From assembly GCF_006345805.1 (NCBI RefSeq), contig NC_042998.1, forward strand, positions 169,260,001 through 169,324,000: a DNA stretch of 64,000 nt. Reading direction: 5' to 3'. Within the stretch, counting starts at the first letter, position 1. Every line of letters begins with the position of its first letter. Positions 1-11,667 of the stretch are shown one piece after another. Source of the stretch: Octopus sinensis (taxonomy: Eukaryota). Under the pieces are notes generated by a model, which saw only the letters and a list, made by a program, of their open reading frames with translations, did no database searches and was not told the DNA's origin. The position numbers and the translations under genes were made by a program.

Positions 1-678
1 TGATTCAGCTGACTTATGACCAAAGGTGTTCTAGCTGTGGGCAACCCGTCTTTTTGTGTATACACACATACACAAACGCACACATGCACACACTCACACG
101 CACACAAACACACACATATACACATATACTGTTTACATCATATGAATTTAGAAACTTTGAGAGACATGAAATAAATCGCTTTTAGCGGTAGAACTCGAAG
201 TATATAAAGCTATAAGCAATAGGGTGTAAATTTTGGTTTAAAACCCCTTAGATGGAAAAAGTCGAAGGCTACCCATGGGACATGAACCCACATCTGAAAC
301 TATAACAGATGCTATATAGAGAGAGGGAGGAGGGAGGGAGAGAGGGAAGGAGGGAGAGACAGACAGACAGGCAGTAAGACAGACAGACAGAATGAGTGAG
401 TCAGCTTGTGAGATCCAGAGATATTCAAGATAGAAAACACTTAGTAGTGCTCAAATGATTTGAACTTACACTCTGAAGTCTTTATCGAGGACTAAGTCTG
501 CGAGGTAAAGAGTGGCTATAAGAGGAATACAGGTGAGCTGATATGGAAATAGTGATGCAAATAAATACTCTTAGGCTTGATATGCAAAATAGACATACAT
601 CCATATAAACATGTAAATATATAGAGATATATATGGAGAGAAACAAAACTGAAAATATTCAGAAGATGAACATTCATG

Positions 679-947
679 TATAAGCATATAGATATTTATA
701 TATTTACAGAATACGCAAATTTACAAAGAGTACAACAAATACAGAAAACTAAGGGGAGAGGACATGGTATTTCAGGTCCGACTGCTGTTTCTAGGGAGTA
801 GTATTTCAGGATCGAAAGTTGTTCCTGGTGTATGGTATTTCAGGTCTGACAACTGTAGGACTGATACACCATGCCCTCTGTCCCTTAGTTTTCTGTATCT
901 TTTGTGCACCATGTAAATTTGTTCTGTAAATATATAGATATCTTTAT
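679..947. mobile_element. Fold-back/MITE-like element with imperfect inverted arms (~679-770 and ~865-947)
   Basis: Left arm ...atacagaaaactaaggggagaggacatggtat is the approximate reverse complement of right arm tacaccatgccctctgtcccttagttttctgtat; the interior has three copies of gtatttcagg. Confidence 0.65.
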
Positions 948-953
948 TACTTA

Positions 954-1400
954 CTTGTACTTGTGACGGCGTTCACCCAGGTCGGGTTGAGCCGGCTTCT
1001 TCTCTGGTCCTAACGGCATCACGAACCATGGCGGCCCACGCTCGACGGTCCCGTACGAGGTCACTGGAGATAGCGAGCCATTCGCGGTTCCATCTGCGCA
1101 GACCGACCACCTGCGGACCTGAGAGTTCGGAGAGGTCCTCCTTTATCGTCGTTGCCCAGGTCTAAAGCTTCCCGCCCGTGCGTTTGCGCTAGCTGGGAAG
1201 TGGAAGTGGGAGGAGGACATCGTGAATCAGCTCACCCTCTGGACGCCGGGCCGCATGACCGAACCACCTTAAGCGCCGTTGTAGAAGTACCGAAAGGAGG
1301 GGCCGGAGATTAAGGCGATGACGAAGACCGGCTGTAGGAATGCGTCGGCAGCGAAGAATGCGGCGGAGACAGTCATTGTCGAACATCTCTAGCCTTCGCT
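954..1400 (-). mobile_element. RTE-clade LINE, 5'-truncated 3' end (C-terminal ORF region and short tail)
   Basis: Minus-strand translation FDNDCLRRIL...LQRRLRWFGHAARR...TWATTIKEDL...RDRRAWAAMVRDAV, typical of the RTE post-RT region; in-frame stops present. Confidence 0.85.
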
Positions 1401-1607
1401 GGAGATATCTTTATGAGTGTTCATATTCTGAATATTTTCAGTTTCTATTTCTCTCTATATATATCCTCATATATATTTATATGTATATATGTATTCATAT
1501 TTTGTACATCAAGCCCAAGCATGTTAATTTGCATCATTACCTCTTTCTCTCTCTTTCCCACTCTCTCTCTCTCTTTCACTCTCACTCTCTCTCTTTCTCT
1601 ATATATA

Positions 1608-1829
1608 TATTTCTTTACTACCCACAAGGGACTAAATACAGAGGGGACAAACAAGGATAGAGAAACGGATTAAGTCGACCCCAGTGCGTAACTGGTACTT
1701 AATTTATTGACCCCGAAAGGATGAAAGGCAAAGTCGACCTCGGCGGAATTTGAACTCAGAACGTAACGGCAGACGAAATACGGCTACGCATTTCGCCCGG
1801 CGTACTAACGTTTCTACCAGCCCGCCGCC
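1608..1829 (-). mobile_element. tRNA-derived SINE family B (OR2/CORE-SINE-like) with Tx1-like tail
   Basis: Head ggcggcgggctggtagaaacgttagt, B-box-like gagttcaaattcc, core tttcatcctttcggggtcaataaattaagtaccag; many other copies in the window. Confidence 0.85.
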
Positions 1830-1832
1830 TTC

Positions 1833-1897
<65 letters not shown>

Positions 1898-1902
<5 letters not shown>

Positions 1903-1958
1903 GTCTTAGAAAAATGAAGGACAACATTGGACAATGTAGCAGTGTTCTCCTTCTCTCT

Positions 1959-1994
<36 letters not shown>

Positions 1995-2056
1995 AGAGAG
2001 AAGGAGAAACACTGCTACATTGTCCAATGTTGTCCTTCATTTTTCTAAGACCAAAT
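1898..2056. repeat. Near-perfect inverted repeat centred on a (TA)n tract
   Basis: Arms of ~65 nt (atttggtcttag...ctctccct and agggagagag...ctaagaccaaat) differ by one inserted A. Confidence 0.9.
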
Positions 2057-2403
2057 GATACGATTTAAAGATTTTAGTTGTCACTTCTATAAAATGTAGT
2101 ATTGGCTAAGAAGCTTCCATCGAAGCTCCCCCGTTAGCTCATTAAGTATGTGAATCGTATTTTATAAAAATATCGATTTCAGAAATGTCTTTCTGACTTA
2201 TAGTTTTATTGAACACTAACCTTAAAATGCCTTTGCACCACAGTTCTGGATAAGCAGAGAGCAGACAGCTTCGCTAAGATGTTAAGTATCTTACACGCAA
2301 TATAGATTTATAGGCAGGGAACTCATTATGTGTGTGTGTGTGTGTGTGTTTGTAATTATGTATATATGTATGTATATGTATGTGTATGGGCGTATGTGTG
2401 TGT

Positions 2404-2706
2404 GTGGTGGCGCAATGGCCCAGTGGTTAGGGCAGCGGACTCGCGGTCGTAGGATCACGGTTTCGATTCCCAGACCGGGCGTTGTGAGTGTTTATTGAGC
2501 GAAAACACCTAAAGCTCCGCGTGGCTCCGGCAGGGGATGGTGGAGATCCCTGCTGTACTCTTTCGCCGCAACTTTCTCTCACTCTTTCTTCTGTCGGTCT
2601 GCTCGCTTAGCCAGCGGGGTGGCGTCATTTGAAGGCTAAAACAATGCGAAGCGCGCTGTGACCAGCGATGTGTAACAACATCTGATAGTCTGGTTGGTCA
2701 CGTGAT

Positions 2707-2711
<5 letters not shown>
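2404..2711 (+). mobile_element. tRNA-derived SINE family C, tail type 1
   Basis: A box tggcccagtgg, B box ggtttcgattccc; head matches 32562-32947; ends gatcacgtga followed by (TA)n. Confidence 0.85.
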
Positions 2712-2786
<75 letters not shown>

Positions 2787-2806
2787 GAAGTGTGTATAAT
2801 TATGAA

Positions 2807-3206
2807 TAAATCGTAGTTATAACGGGGAGGGTTTCAGAAACCCTTACATGTCTAGAAACAGCAGTCAAAACCGCTATTAAGCCGCTGTGACCACTCATAT
2901 TCTATCTCTTCACAATAAAGCTGTCGGCGGACGACATGACATAAAATTCAAAACTTAAATAAATGGTTAATTCTCTATTGCAATTTTGAAGTTAGGAACC
3001 AAAAACGGTTCCACTCTCCTCTTCAGAACATTCCTGTAGATACAAATTAACACAAAACATACCTTGGGGCTTACATGTTTCCCGACCGGCACGAATAAGG
3101 TGAAGAAATAAAATATGAGTAGTTATAGTGGCCTTATAGCAGTTTTGACTGCTATTTCTAGACATGTAAGAGTTTCTGAAACCCTCTCCGTTATAATTGT
3201 GATTTA
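2807..3206. mobile_element. MITE/fold-back element with ~120-nt imperfect inverted arms
   Basis: gttataacggggagggtttcagaaacccttacatgtctagaaacagcagtcaaaac is the approximate reverse complement of gttttgactgctatttctagacatgtaagagtttctgaaaccctctccgttataat. Confidence 0.75.
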
Positions 3207-3579
3207 CTCTTTTACTCTTTTACTTGTTTCAGTCATTTGACTGCGGCCATGCTGGAGCACCGCCTTTAGTCGAGCAAATCGACCCCGATTTGTAATCCCA
3301 GTACTTATTCTATCGGTCTCTTTTGCCGAACCGCTAAGTGACGGGGACGTAAACACACCAGCATCGGTTGTCAAGCAATGCTAGGGGGACAAACACAGAC
3401 ACACAAACATACACACACATATATATATACATATATACGAAAGGCTTCTTTCAGTTTCCGTCTACCAAATCCACTCACAAGGTATTGGTCGGCCCGGGGC
3501 TATAGCAGAAGACACTTGCCCAAGATGCCACGCAGTGGGACTGAACCCGGAACCATGTGGTTGGTTAGCAAGCTACTTA
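3205..3579 (-). mobile_element. SINE family A (OR1-like), body and tail; head is displaced to 9016-9053 by the Tx1 insertion
   Basis: Nearly identical to the intact copy at 53595-54010 up to ggttagcaagctactta. Confidence 0.9.
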
Positions 3580-3829
3580 TATTTCATATAATTTGCCATT
3601 TAGGCATTTACAAAGAGGGGACAAACAAGGACAGACAAATATAAAGGGTGAAGTAGCTTAACACAGTTACAATTTTCGAATGAAATTACGGATAAGATTA
3701 TAAACAATGAATTTTACGAAGGCAAGTTTAAAAATATTAATGATCATGTCGAAGGACGGACACCCAGCCACCCGGGTAGAACCTTTACTTTCTGATCCGG
3801 TCACACTTACCTGGTGCCAAACATACCCA

Positions 3830-6800
3830 TCTTGTATGCCACAGGCTTCCATCTTTTCACAAACATATCTCGTGACAGACACCTCTTCTCCAGCCTGATT
3901 TTGCTACTGAGGTGGTAACTAAAAAAGTTAATCAACCCCTGGCCGGAGACAAAGGTGCCTGTCACTATACCTTTCGTACGCGTCTTCCATACTGTTTCTT
4001 TCAGAAACTACACAGAAAAAACAAGCCTTTCTTTCCCTGTTAAGGAAAGGGGGCGGCACAATCTCGATGATAGACTCAGCTGATAGCTGTACTCTTCCCA
4101 TCACTGACAACAGTTGTTCAACGAAGGCTATCAGTCCCGATAACTCCGGACACTCCACGAATGCGTGCAAGACGGTCTCCCTATCCTGCTCACATCGCGG
4201 GCATGTCGGCGAGACGGCACTACCGTGCCTTGACAGCTTGTCGCGAACAGGTAAAGCCGCACGGAAACACTGCCAGGCCAGGGATTTCTGGTAATTATCC
4301 AGATACCCCGGCCCGAACGTCCTCCGGAACAGGTTGACCAACTGATTTTCATCGTAGCCCAGGGTCTCCCCCAAGGCGTCTTCGGACTCAAGTCTCCCCC
4401 AAGGCGTCTCCACTGACCCGCTATAGAAATCCGTGGTGGAACTCCTGTTGCCGGCGTTGTCCACCCGAGATAGTAGCTGGAGCGCCTGACGGCACTCCAA
4501 ATGCCATTCACTCAGTTTAGGTCTCCGCTTGATCCATGCACCGATGTCCGTTAGGGATGTTAACTGGGGAAGGTAGAACCGGACGTGCGGCGACCACACC
4601 TGCTCTCCATCCAGGTAAAGCCAGAGGTGCCTCAACCTTAACGCGAGTTTTCGCATCCTCAGCCAAGGCATCCCTAGCCCACCCTTTAGCGGTTTCTGGC
4701 AGCAGACAGAGCGCTTTACAAGTGGCTTTCCTCCTTTCCACAAAAATCGGAAAAGGATTCTCTCCAACTTGTTCAGCCACAAATCGGGGCAAGGCACCAG
4801 GTCAGACGGTAGGTGATTACTGATGCTATAAACATCTGCACCACCTCCGCCTTCCCTAGCAGGGATAACGCCCGCCCAGACCAGGTCTGGGTTAGAGCGG
4901 TCACCTTGTTGGCCACCTCACTCCAATTTTTCTCAATCTGGAGGTCTGGCCCGAACCAGACTCCGAGCAGCTTAACAGGTCCTTCCGTCCAACGCCCTAC
5001 GACGTTATTGGACGGCATCGGCTTGCCCCTCCAGGTGCCGAGTTGCAAACCGACCGACTTGTCCTTGTTAACCTTTGCTCCTGCCACCGCCTCGTAGCTT
5101 TTGATGGCCTCTTCCACCACTGGAAGCTGGCCTTCGTCTGCCACGATGATGGAGGTGTCATCCGCATACGCCGTAGCTCCTCTTCCACACCATAGATCAT
5201 GCGGCGCGCCCCCTAGTGCCTCCAACTTCCGCAGCAAAGGCTCAAGAGCCAATGCGTATAGGAGCGAGGACAGGGGACACCCTTTACGAACTGAATGCTC
5301 GATCCTGAACGGCTTCGAAAAGGAACCGTTCACCTTGACTACAGACTCGATGTCGCTATACAAAGCAGCGATCCAACCTCGAAAGGTCGGTCCTAGGCCA
5401 GCCTCTCCGAGGACCGCCGCCAGTACCGATGGTCGACCCTATCAAATGCTTTGGACTGGTCTAAATGTACCAGTGCTACCCCTGCGCCAGAAAGCTTCCC
5501 CACCCTCTCTAAGGAGTAGCGTATAAGGTGGAGATTGTCGTGGATCGTTCTGCCGGGGATAGCGCACGTTTGCGCTTCCCCGACAAGTTTGTCCACGACC
5601 CGCGCCAACCTTTTTGCTAGCACCTTGGCCAGAATCTTTAACTCTGTGTTTAACAGAGTTATGGGCCTGAAGTTCCCTATCTCGTCCCCCTTGTTCGGGT
5701 CCTTCCTGATCAACGTCACCGCCCCCCGGCTCGCAGACTTGGGAATTCTCCCATTCTGCTGCCAGTTGGCGCAGACGCTAGCCAGCAGGTGCCCGAACAA
5801 GTCTGGCATACTTCTATAAAATTCATAGGGCAGACCATCGAGACCCGGCGACTTCTCCCCGGGGCACTTGCCCAACACCTCGATTACTTCCTCGGCTGTG
5901 ATTGGCCCTTCACAGCACTCAGCCTCTCGTGTCGAGAGGCGCGGGCCACCAGACAGGAAGTCCCTAAGGGCCTCACCATGATCCAGTGTCCCGCACCTCC
6001 CGAACAACTCGGCGAAGTGCTTGTGAAGTGCCTCACACATTTCGTCCCGGTTCTTGATCGTGCATCCGTTTTCATCAACAAGAGACCCAATTGTGGCATC
6101 GTTTCCACGCTGTGTTTCTATCGTACGGGCCCATGGCCCAATGCTCGTACTTTAGCCCGGACTCTACATCCCTCATGTTTGGTTTTGAGGTGACGGTCTA
6201 ATGCCGTTCTCGCCGCTAAAATGTGAGATGCAGAGCCCAACCTCAACGCCTCCTCTAAGTTCTTAACTAGTTGCCCTTCTATTCTAGCCCTATCTAGTCT
6301 TAGTTGTTTACTAAATCTAATGGACTCGAATCGAATGGCTCTTTTGAGGGTGAACCACCACCGGTTATAACCACGGCTCCGGTTAACGCCCTCTGCACTA
6401 ACACCTTAATCCGGCTACGGTATGCCTCGCGTGTCAAAATAGACTTGTTCAGCTTCCAGTAGCCGGTTCCTATCTTAAGTGTGCTATCTATGTCCAGTCT
6501 ACACGTGACCATTCTATGGTCAGTATAGGGCACCTGGACGAGCTGTGGACAACTAAAACTAGACTTATCTCTAGTTCTTATCACTATCCTGTCTAGATAA
6601 GACTTGAACCTTCCGTCGCCACTCATCCAGGTCCACTCTGGGACGTTCGGATGGTCAAGTCTGTAACGATATTGCTAGCTGAAACCGCTTAAGCAGATCC
6701 ACGAGACGTGAGTTCACTTTCCTATAGATCGAGCCAACGCTATCGATGTGTACGTCAACGATAGCATTAAAGTCCCCTAATATCACTAAAGTCTTCGACG

Positions 6801-7194
6801 TCACGAGAAAGCCCTCTAGGCGCCGATAAAAATCAGTTTGGAAACCTCTAGCACAAGGTGCATAGAGTCCGATCAACCTGAAGGCCTTACTGCTGTATGT
6901 CACATCAAGGACGACCAGCCCACCTTCTGGGTCTACATAGACTGTACTTGTCTGTAGAGCCAAGTCTTTACGGATCAGTACAACTACGCCCCCTCGCCTT
7001 CCGGTCTGGCCAGGAGACATGATTTTCTCGTAGCCATTCAGGAGAGGCGAGAAGGTTTGTAGGCTGTCCAGCTTGGTCTCTGTAGCAACCATCACATGTA
7101 TATCATGTGATCTGAGGTCGTCGAGGAAACAAGCCTGCTTCCACTTCGAACTCAGACCACGCACATTTAAACAACCAAGGTTAAGCGAAGCCAT
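3830..7194 (-). pseudogene. Tx1 ORF2 (APE endonuclease-reverse transcriptase-zinc finger), broken by several frameshifts
   Basis: Segments 6655-7194 (LNVRGL, ATETK, ILGDFN), 6300-6626 (DRI, YTDH), 5393-6040 (KSPGLDGLPYEFY, FRPITLLN, LDQSKAFDRV), 4773-5363 (GCPLS, AYADD, KLLGVWF), 3928-4797 (CPRC...ETVLHAFVEC). Confidence 0.92.
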
Positions 7195-7211
7195 TACAAA
7201 AAGTAAAAGTT

Positions 7212-8653
7212 CTACTTACATTTCGTTGGAGAGGTGGGGGCCGACCTCACCACACGTTTGTGGGCCCCTTCTTTCTCCTCTTTCTTCAGATAGTCCGGCA
7301 AGTTCGCGATATGCTGGATGGCGTTTGGGTGTCTGTCTTTTAATTGTTTGAACGTTGTTTCCGCAATCCACGCGTGTCTATTTCGATCTTTGTATTTGTT
7401 GTACAGTCTTTGTATTTGTTGTACAGCTGACTGATGCTGAACCACAATATCGTTTATGTATTTGTCTTGTGTGTCGAATTCAATTAATATGAGTTCATTT
7501 TCTTTTTTGTCTTCTTTTTCTGGGCCAGTTGAGCGGGATTTTTTTTTCCGAGTCTGTGGTGTGTCTTTGTTTTTATTATTTTTTGTAGGGGATGTGGACG
7601 GGGATGCTGCACGAATTCTTTTACGAACTGGTGTAAATCCCCCCTCTGATACCTCCATGGTATCGTCTGGGTAGCAATAGTTTGTTCGGTAGGCGCCGCA
7701 GTTTTTAGGGGGGTGGGAGGTTTTAATAGTGTAGGGGTTTGTGAGTGCGAGGGCTGGGTTTTTTCTTCAGTCTGTTTTGGGGTTGGCACCGTAACAGCAG
7801 GAGTGGGATTTTTTGTTTTTGTAGGGGTAGGTGTGTTTGCAAGGGTAGGGACTTTTTTATTATCTGAGGGGCCTGGTGTCTGCGGTTTATTTTGCTTGTC
7901 TGGACAGTCTACACGAATGTGGCCCTTTTTGCCGCAGGCGTAACAGGTGGGTTTTCGGCCTTCGACCTGTACCCTGAGGGCTACGTTCTCGCCCACGAGC
8001 ACCCTCTCAGGAAGGAGCTGCAGGTCCTCCGCTGTTCCTTGAATTAATATATTAATGTTACGCCCGAGCCAAAATCGAGGGGTAGAGCATGTTACTTCTA
8101 GTATTTTTATTTTGTCCGCCCTTTTATATAACAGGGCGGCCACTACCTCTACCGGATCTACTTCCGGCGGGGCTTCTACAATCCTGACCCGGGACGTCCT
8201 GCGTCCCCTATAGCTTGGGAAAAGTACCACCTCCTTGGTTTTTAGGGGGTTCACAGAATGCCCGCGGGCCATTTCTTCCCCCGAGAAGCGGACATCCACA
8301 GTGCCATATGCCCGTCCCCTAGCGACGTACACGATGTCCTTCCAAATCGGGGACAGGCATTTCTCGATGGTGCTTTTTTCAAAGTGTTTGAACCTTCTGC
8401 TTTGTGGACAGAAAGTTTTAAACACTACGGTCCGCTTCTCGGTCTCCACGATACTGGCGGAGGGTGATATTTTAACATCACCACCCTCCTCTTGCATTCT
8501 TTTAAATAGCTCGACGAGCTGGTTGACATCGATGTCGATGTTCTCGGTAGCCACTGCGGCTACCTCAGAAAATTTTTTAACATTGCTCTCCTCAAGAGCA
8601 CTACTTTCGTGAATAATTTCAACAGACATTATTCTGTTGAAATTAGACAACAC
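7212..8653 (-). pseudogene. Tx1 ORF1 (gag-like RNA-binding protein with CCHC zinc knuckle), one frameshift
   Basis: CYACGKKGHIRVDC followed by a Pro/Thr-rich linker; continues in the 7212-7658 frame and stops shortly before the ORF2 ATG at 7194. Confidence 0.85.
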
Positions 8654-9015
8654 AAAAATTACGAGTATTGGTTTCCCACAAAACTGGGAAACCTATAGAA
8701 AGTTTTTCTTCCAAAGTAGTTCAAAAAAGCAGTTCAAAAATTCCAATTCCACCCCCATTCGGGGGAGGGGCACGAAAATAGTCTGGCAGGACTATATATA
8801 GTCACGTAAATAAAAGGCCACAATGGCTAACAGTTCAACGGTAAGAAATTATTCAATTATTTCCGGTAAAACCGGAGACAAGACAGTTCAGCAACGTTTA
8901 AAGGCAAATTTTCAGTAGTAGGAATTCAACAATTAACAACACAGCAAAACTCTTACCGGGAAGAAAACGCGTCCAAACCGTAGTACGGTAAGCAAAGTCA
9001 CTCTTCTGTCAGTGA

Positions 9016-9053
9016 GGTTAGCAAGCTACTTACCACACAGCCACTCCTGCGCC
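9016..9053 (-). mobile_element. Displaced 5' head of the SINE-A copy split by Tx1
   Basis: Minus strand reads ggcgcaggagtggctgtgtggtaagtagcttgctaacc, identical to the head of the copy ending at 54010. Confidence 0.9.
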
Positions 9054-9434
9054 TTTGTTCATAAATTATACAAACTTTCTTTTTGATTGCATCTTTGGCC
9101 ATTGATATATTCGTAAATAATTATGAATTATTTAAGATATATCCTTCGTAATGTATTTTTAGATTCTTCTTTAATTATTTAATTTTTCACTCATATCCGG
9201 TTTATCGCCGTGGCTCGATTTACTGGTCTTTTATAAACGCTGTGCATAACGTTAGAGTTCAGAATTTGAACGTGTAGATGGAGGTTGACATATTATTCCT
9301 ATTAAAATAATATTCCTATTATTTTAATAGGAATCGGGTTCTTCGACCACTTGTCTTTATTTCTTATACACACATAAATATACACACTCACCCGTATACA
9401 CATATGCATATATATACACAGATATATACAGACA

Positions 9435-9504
<70 letters not shown>

Positions 9505-9513
9505 TATATATAT

Positions 9514-9546
<33 letters not shown>

Positions 9547-9704
9547 ACATAGACATATACATCCATATATATATATGTGTGTGTATGTGTGTGTGTGTTG
9601 TATGTATGTATGATGTATGTATGTATGTATGTATGTATGTATGTATGTATGTATGTATGTATGTATGTATGTATGTATGTGTGTATGTATTTATGTATAT
9701 ATGT

Positions 9705-9850
9705 ATTGTTTTTTCTGTGCCCCTTTCTGTAGAAAAGTGTAGGCTCGAAACGTAAAAGACTTTTTCTATTCCTGGGTGTTATACTAATACATCTGTTTGT
9801 TTTGTACACCACCTGTCTTCGTCTTTTGTTTTTTTCGTAAACTCTCCCTA
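9705..9850 (+). mobile_element. Probable Penelope-like repeat remnant with a degenerate hammerhead-like motif (9723-9758)
   Basis: cttt-CTGTAGA-a-aagt-gtag-gctc-GAAA-CG-TA-aaag layout; core and stem II are mutated. Confidence 0.4.
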
Positions 9851-9999
9851 TATATATATATATATATATATGCATACGCACATGCATATATACACCCATA
9901 TATACACATAATATATCCATATATATATATATATATACAAATATATACACATATATATATATATACACACACAAACCCATGCATATATCCTAGCACACT

Positions 10000-10270
10000 C
10001 AGATCATTCGTTCGATGATCAGATCATTCACTCAATGAATGTGCCAATACGCGATATTCTAACGAAGAAATTCTACAAAAACATATTCTGCCCTGTATTT
10101 GACAACTCACTCTGTTCTGGTTGGCAGAATAATTTAACGTGATAATATTCCTATTCATTCTGCCAAATTAAACAAATGGTTTTTCCTTGGGATCATAAAA
10201 CTGAGTCTCGTTATCAGATGACACACTCCAGAACGGGACTCTATCTAAGTTTATAGAAAATCACTGAGTT
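10000..10270 (+). mobile_element. Highly decayed RTE-like LINE fragment
   Basis: Residual coding pattern (SNEEILQK followed by a W-containing segment) resembling the RTE post-RT region; many frameshifts. Confidence 0.4.
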
Positions 10271-11454
10271 AAAGCAAAAATTCAAAAATCATGAAAACCA
10301 AAGAATCTTTATTTGTGACTGCTCTTGAAAAATGTACAAATTAAAGAATAATGTACTACAGAAAACGTTTGCTACCGTATGGCTTAAAGGATTTTTCAAA
10401 ATCCACAAATTAATCTTCGTAGAAAATGGATAATTGCATTTTCTTTTCGTAAATACACATTTTTTAAAAAATTCTGAATGCAATAAATGATTTGATTTCA
10501 ACAATAAGCTATTCCTTGGAATAAAAATCAAGAAAATGTTTATCTGGTTCTTCTTCTTTTGGATTGGTTTGTTTTTCATTATTTTTCTTTTTACTTTGGC
10601 TTTTCGGATTTTCCTTTTTTTCTTTTTTATTGTTTCTGTTTTGAAAATTAAGGAAAGATTACAATCGGTAACCATTAGCAACTGTTGTTGAGAATGTTCT
10701 CATTAAAAGTTTAGAATTTTATACAATATTTTTAAGTCTACCTCACTGGCAAAAACCTTTGCTAAAATTAGCTATAGGTTTCGTTTATCAATGAATGAAA
10801 AGTAAGGCATTTGTTGTTGCTGAGCTTCAAGGCAGCTGTAATTGAGCAGAATTATAATTATAGGCATCCCGTTTGAGACCATCCCGTCTTTTATAGTACA
10901 TGGAACAATAGTATTTAGTATAGCATTCCTATATTTAAGGCGGTAGAGTGTGATCTGAAGATTAGACAATTTTTTTTTCTAGCAGTACGATTGGTCTCAT
11001 CAGCACTCATTTTTGTTGTTTATCCCATGTTACACTTGATCGAGGCGATGTATGATCAAAAGAGTTCCAGCTATGACCATCATGTAATTTTTTGTTTGTT
11101 TGTTTTTTTGTTTTATTCTTCAGGCGTAGTGTATCTATAACTTCATCATCCTAAATATTCTGGGTTTTTTAGTAGGATGTGATTTGAGAGAGATTTCGCC
11201 GATGATTCGAACAAGTCAAACGTTCACGAAAATGTTCCCTTTTAGTTCCTTAAGGCTCTGAGAAGAAAGTAATGTCAACTTTGATAATAGATAAATAAGG
11301 GTATTTAAAAAATATTCACGTTTGGATGAGATTTGAAAGTTTAACTATGTAAACAAGATAGTGAATTCTAAACACCAGATCGATTGTTAATATTCGGATT
11401 TAAAATGATATAATCAAATAAACACTAAAAAAAATTAATTAAATACAACACATA

Positions 11455-11660
11455 AAATATGTCACTGGATTGCAGCCATACTGGGGCACCGCTGTGAAGG
11501 GGTTAATCAACGAATCGACTTCAGTACTTATTTTTAAGTCTGGTAGTTATTCTATCGGTCACCTCTGCCGAATCTCTGGATTACAGATACGTAAACAAAC
11601 CAACATCGGCTGTCAAGCAAAGGTGGGAGACAAACACTACACAAAGACGCACACACATTA
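11455..11660 (-). mobile_element. Diverged SINE-A tail fragment
   Basis: cagccatactggggcaccgc...cagtactt...tattctatcggt...gtaaacaaaccaacatcggctgtcaagc matches the family A tail. Confidence 0.7.
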
Positions 11661-11667
11661 TATATAT

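Larger units (their letters stand above)
3580..9015 (-). mobile_element. Full-length Tx1-group (L1 clade) non-LTR retrotransposon, 5.4 kb, 17-bp TSD
   Basis: ORF1 with CCHC knuckle plus ORF2 with APE endonuclease, RT and C-terminal Cys motif; flanked by identical ggttagcaagctactta at 3563-3579 and 9016-9032. Confidence 0.93.

Noticed and set aside
2404-2480. tRNA genes (also 32870-32947, 56000-56076)
   Set aside because: A/B boxes run directly into SINE bodies and occur in multiple copies; these are tRNA-derived SINE heads.
4067-8612. Plus-strand and alternative-frame ORFs overlapping Tx1
   Set aside because: Shadow ORFs of GC-richer coding sequence; no recognisable motifs.
3830-8653. Frameshifts in Tx1 ORFs as programmed recoding
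   Set aside because: They are numerous and scattered through conserved domains, which fits mutation or sequencing error better.
9302-10018. ORFs reading [12 protein letters not shown] (also 28559-28931, 33811-34208, 41703-42749, 43627-43950, 44271-44702, 47989-48321, 53770-54149)
   Set aside because: They are translations of (TA)n, (CA)n and (TATG)n microsatellites, which lack stops in some frames.
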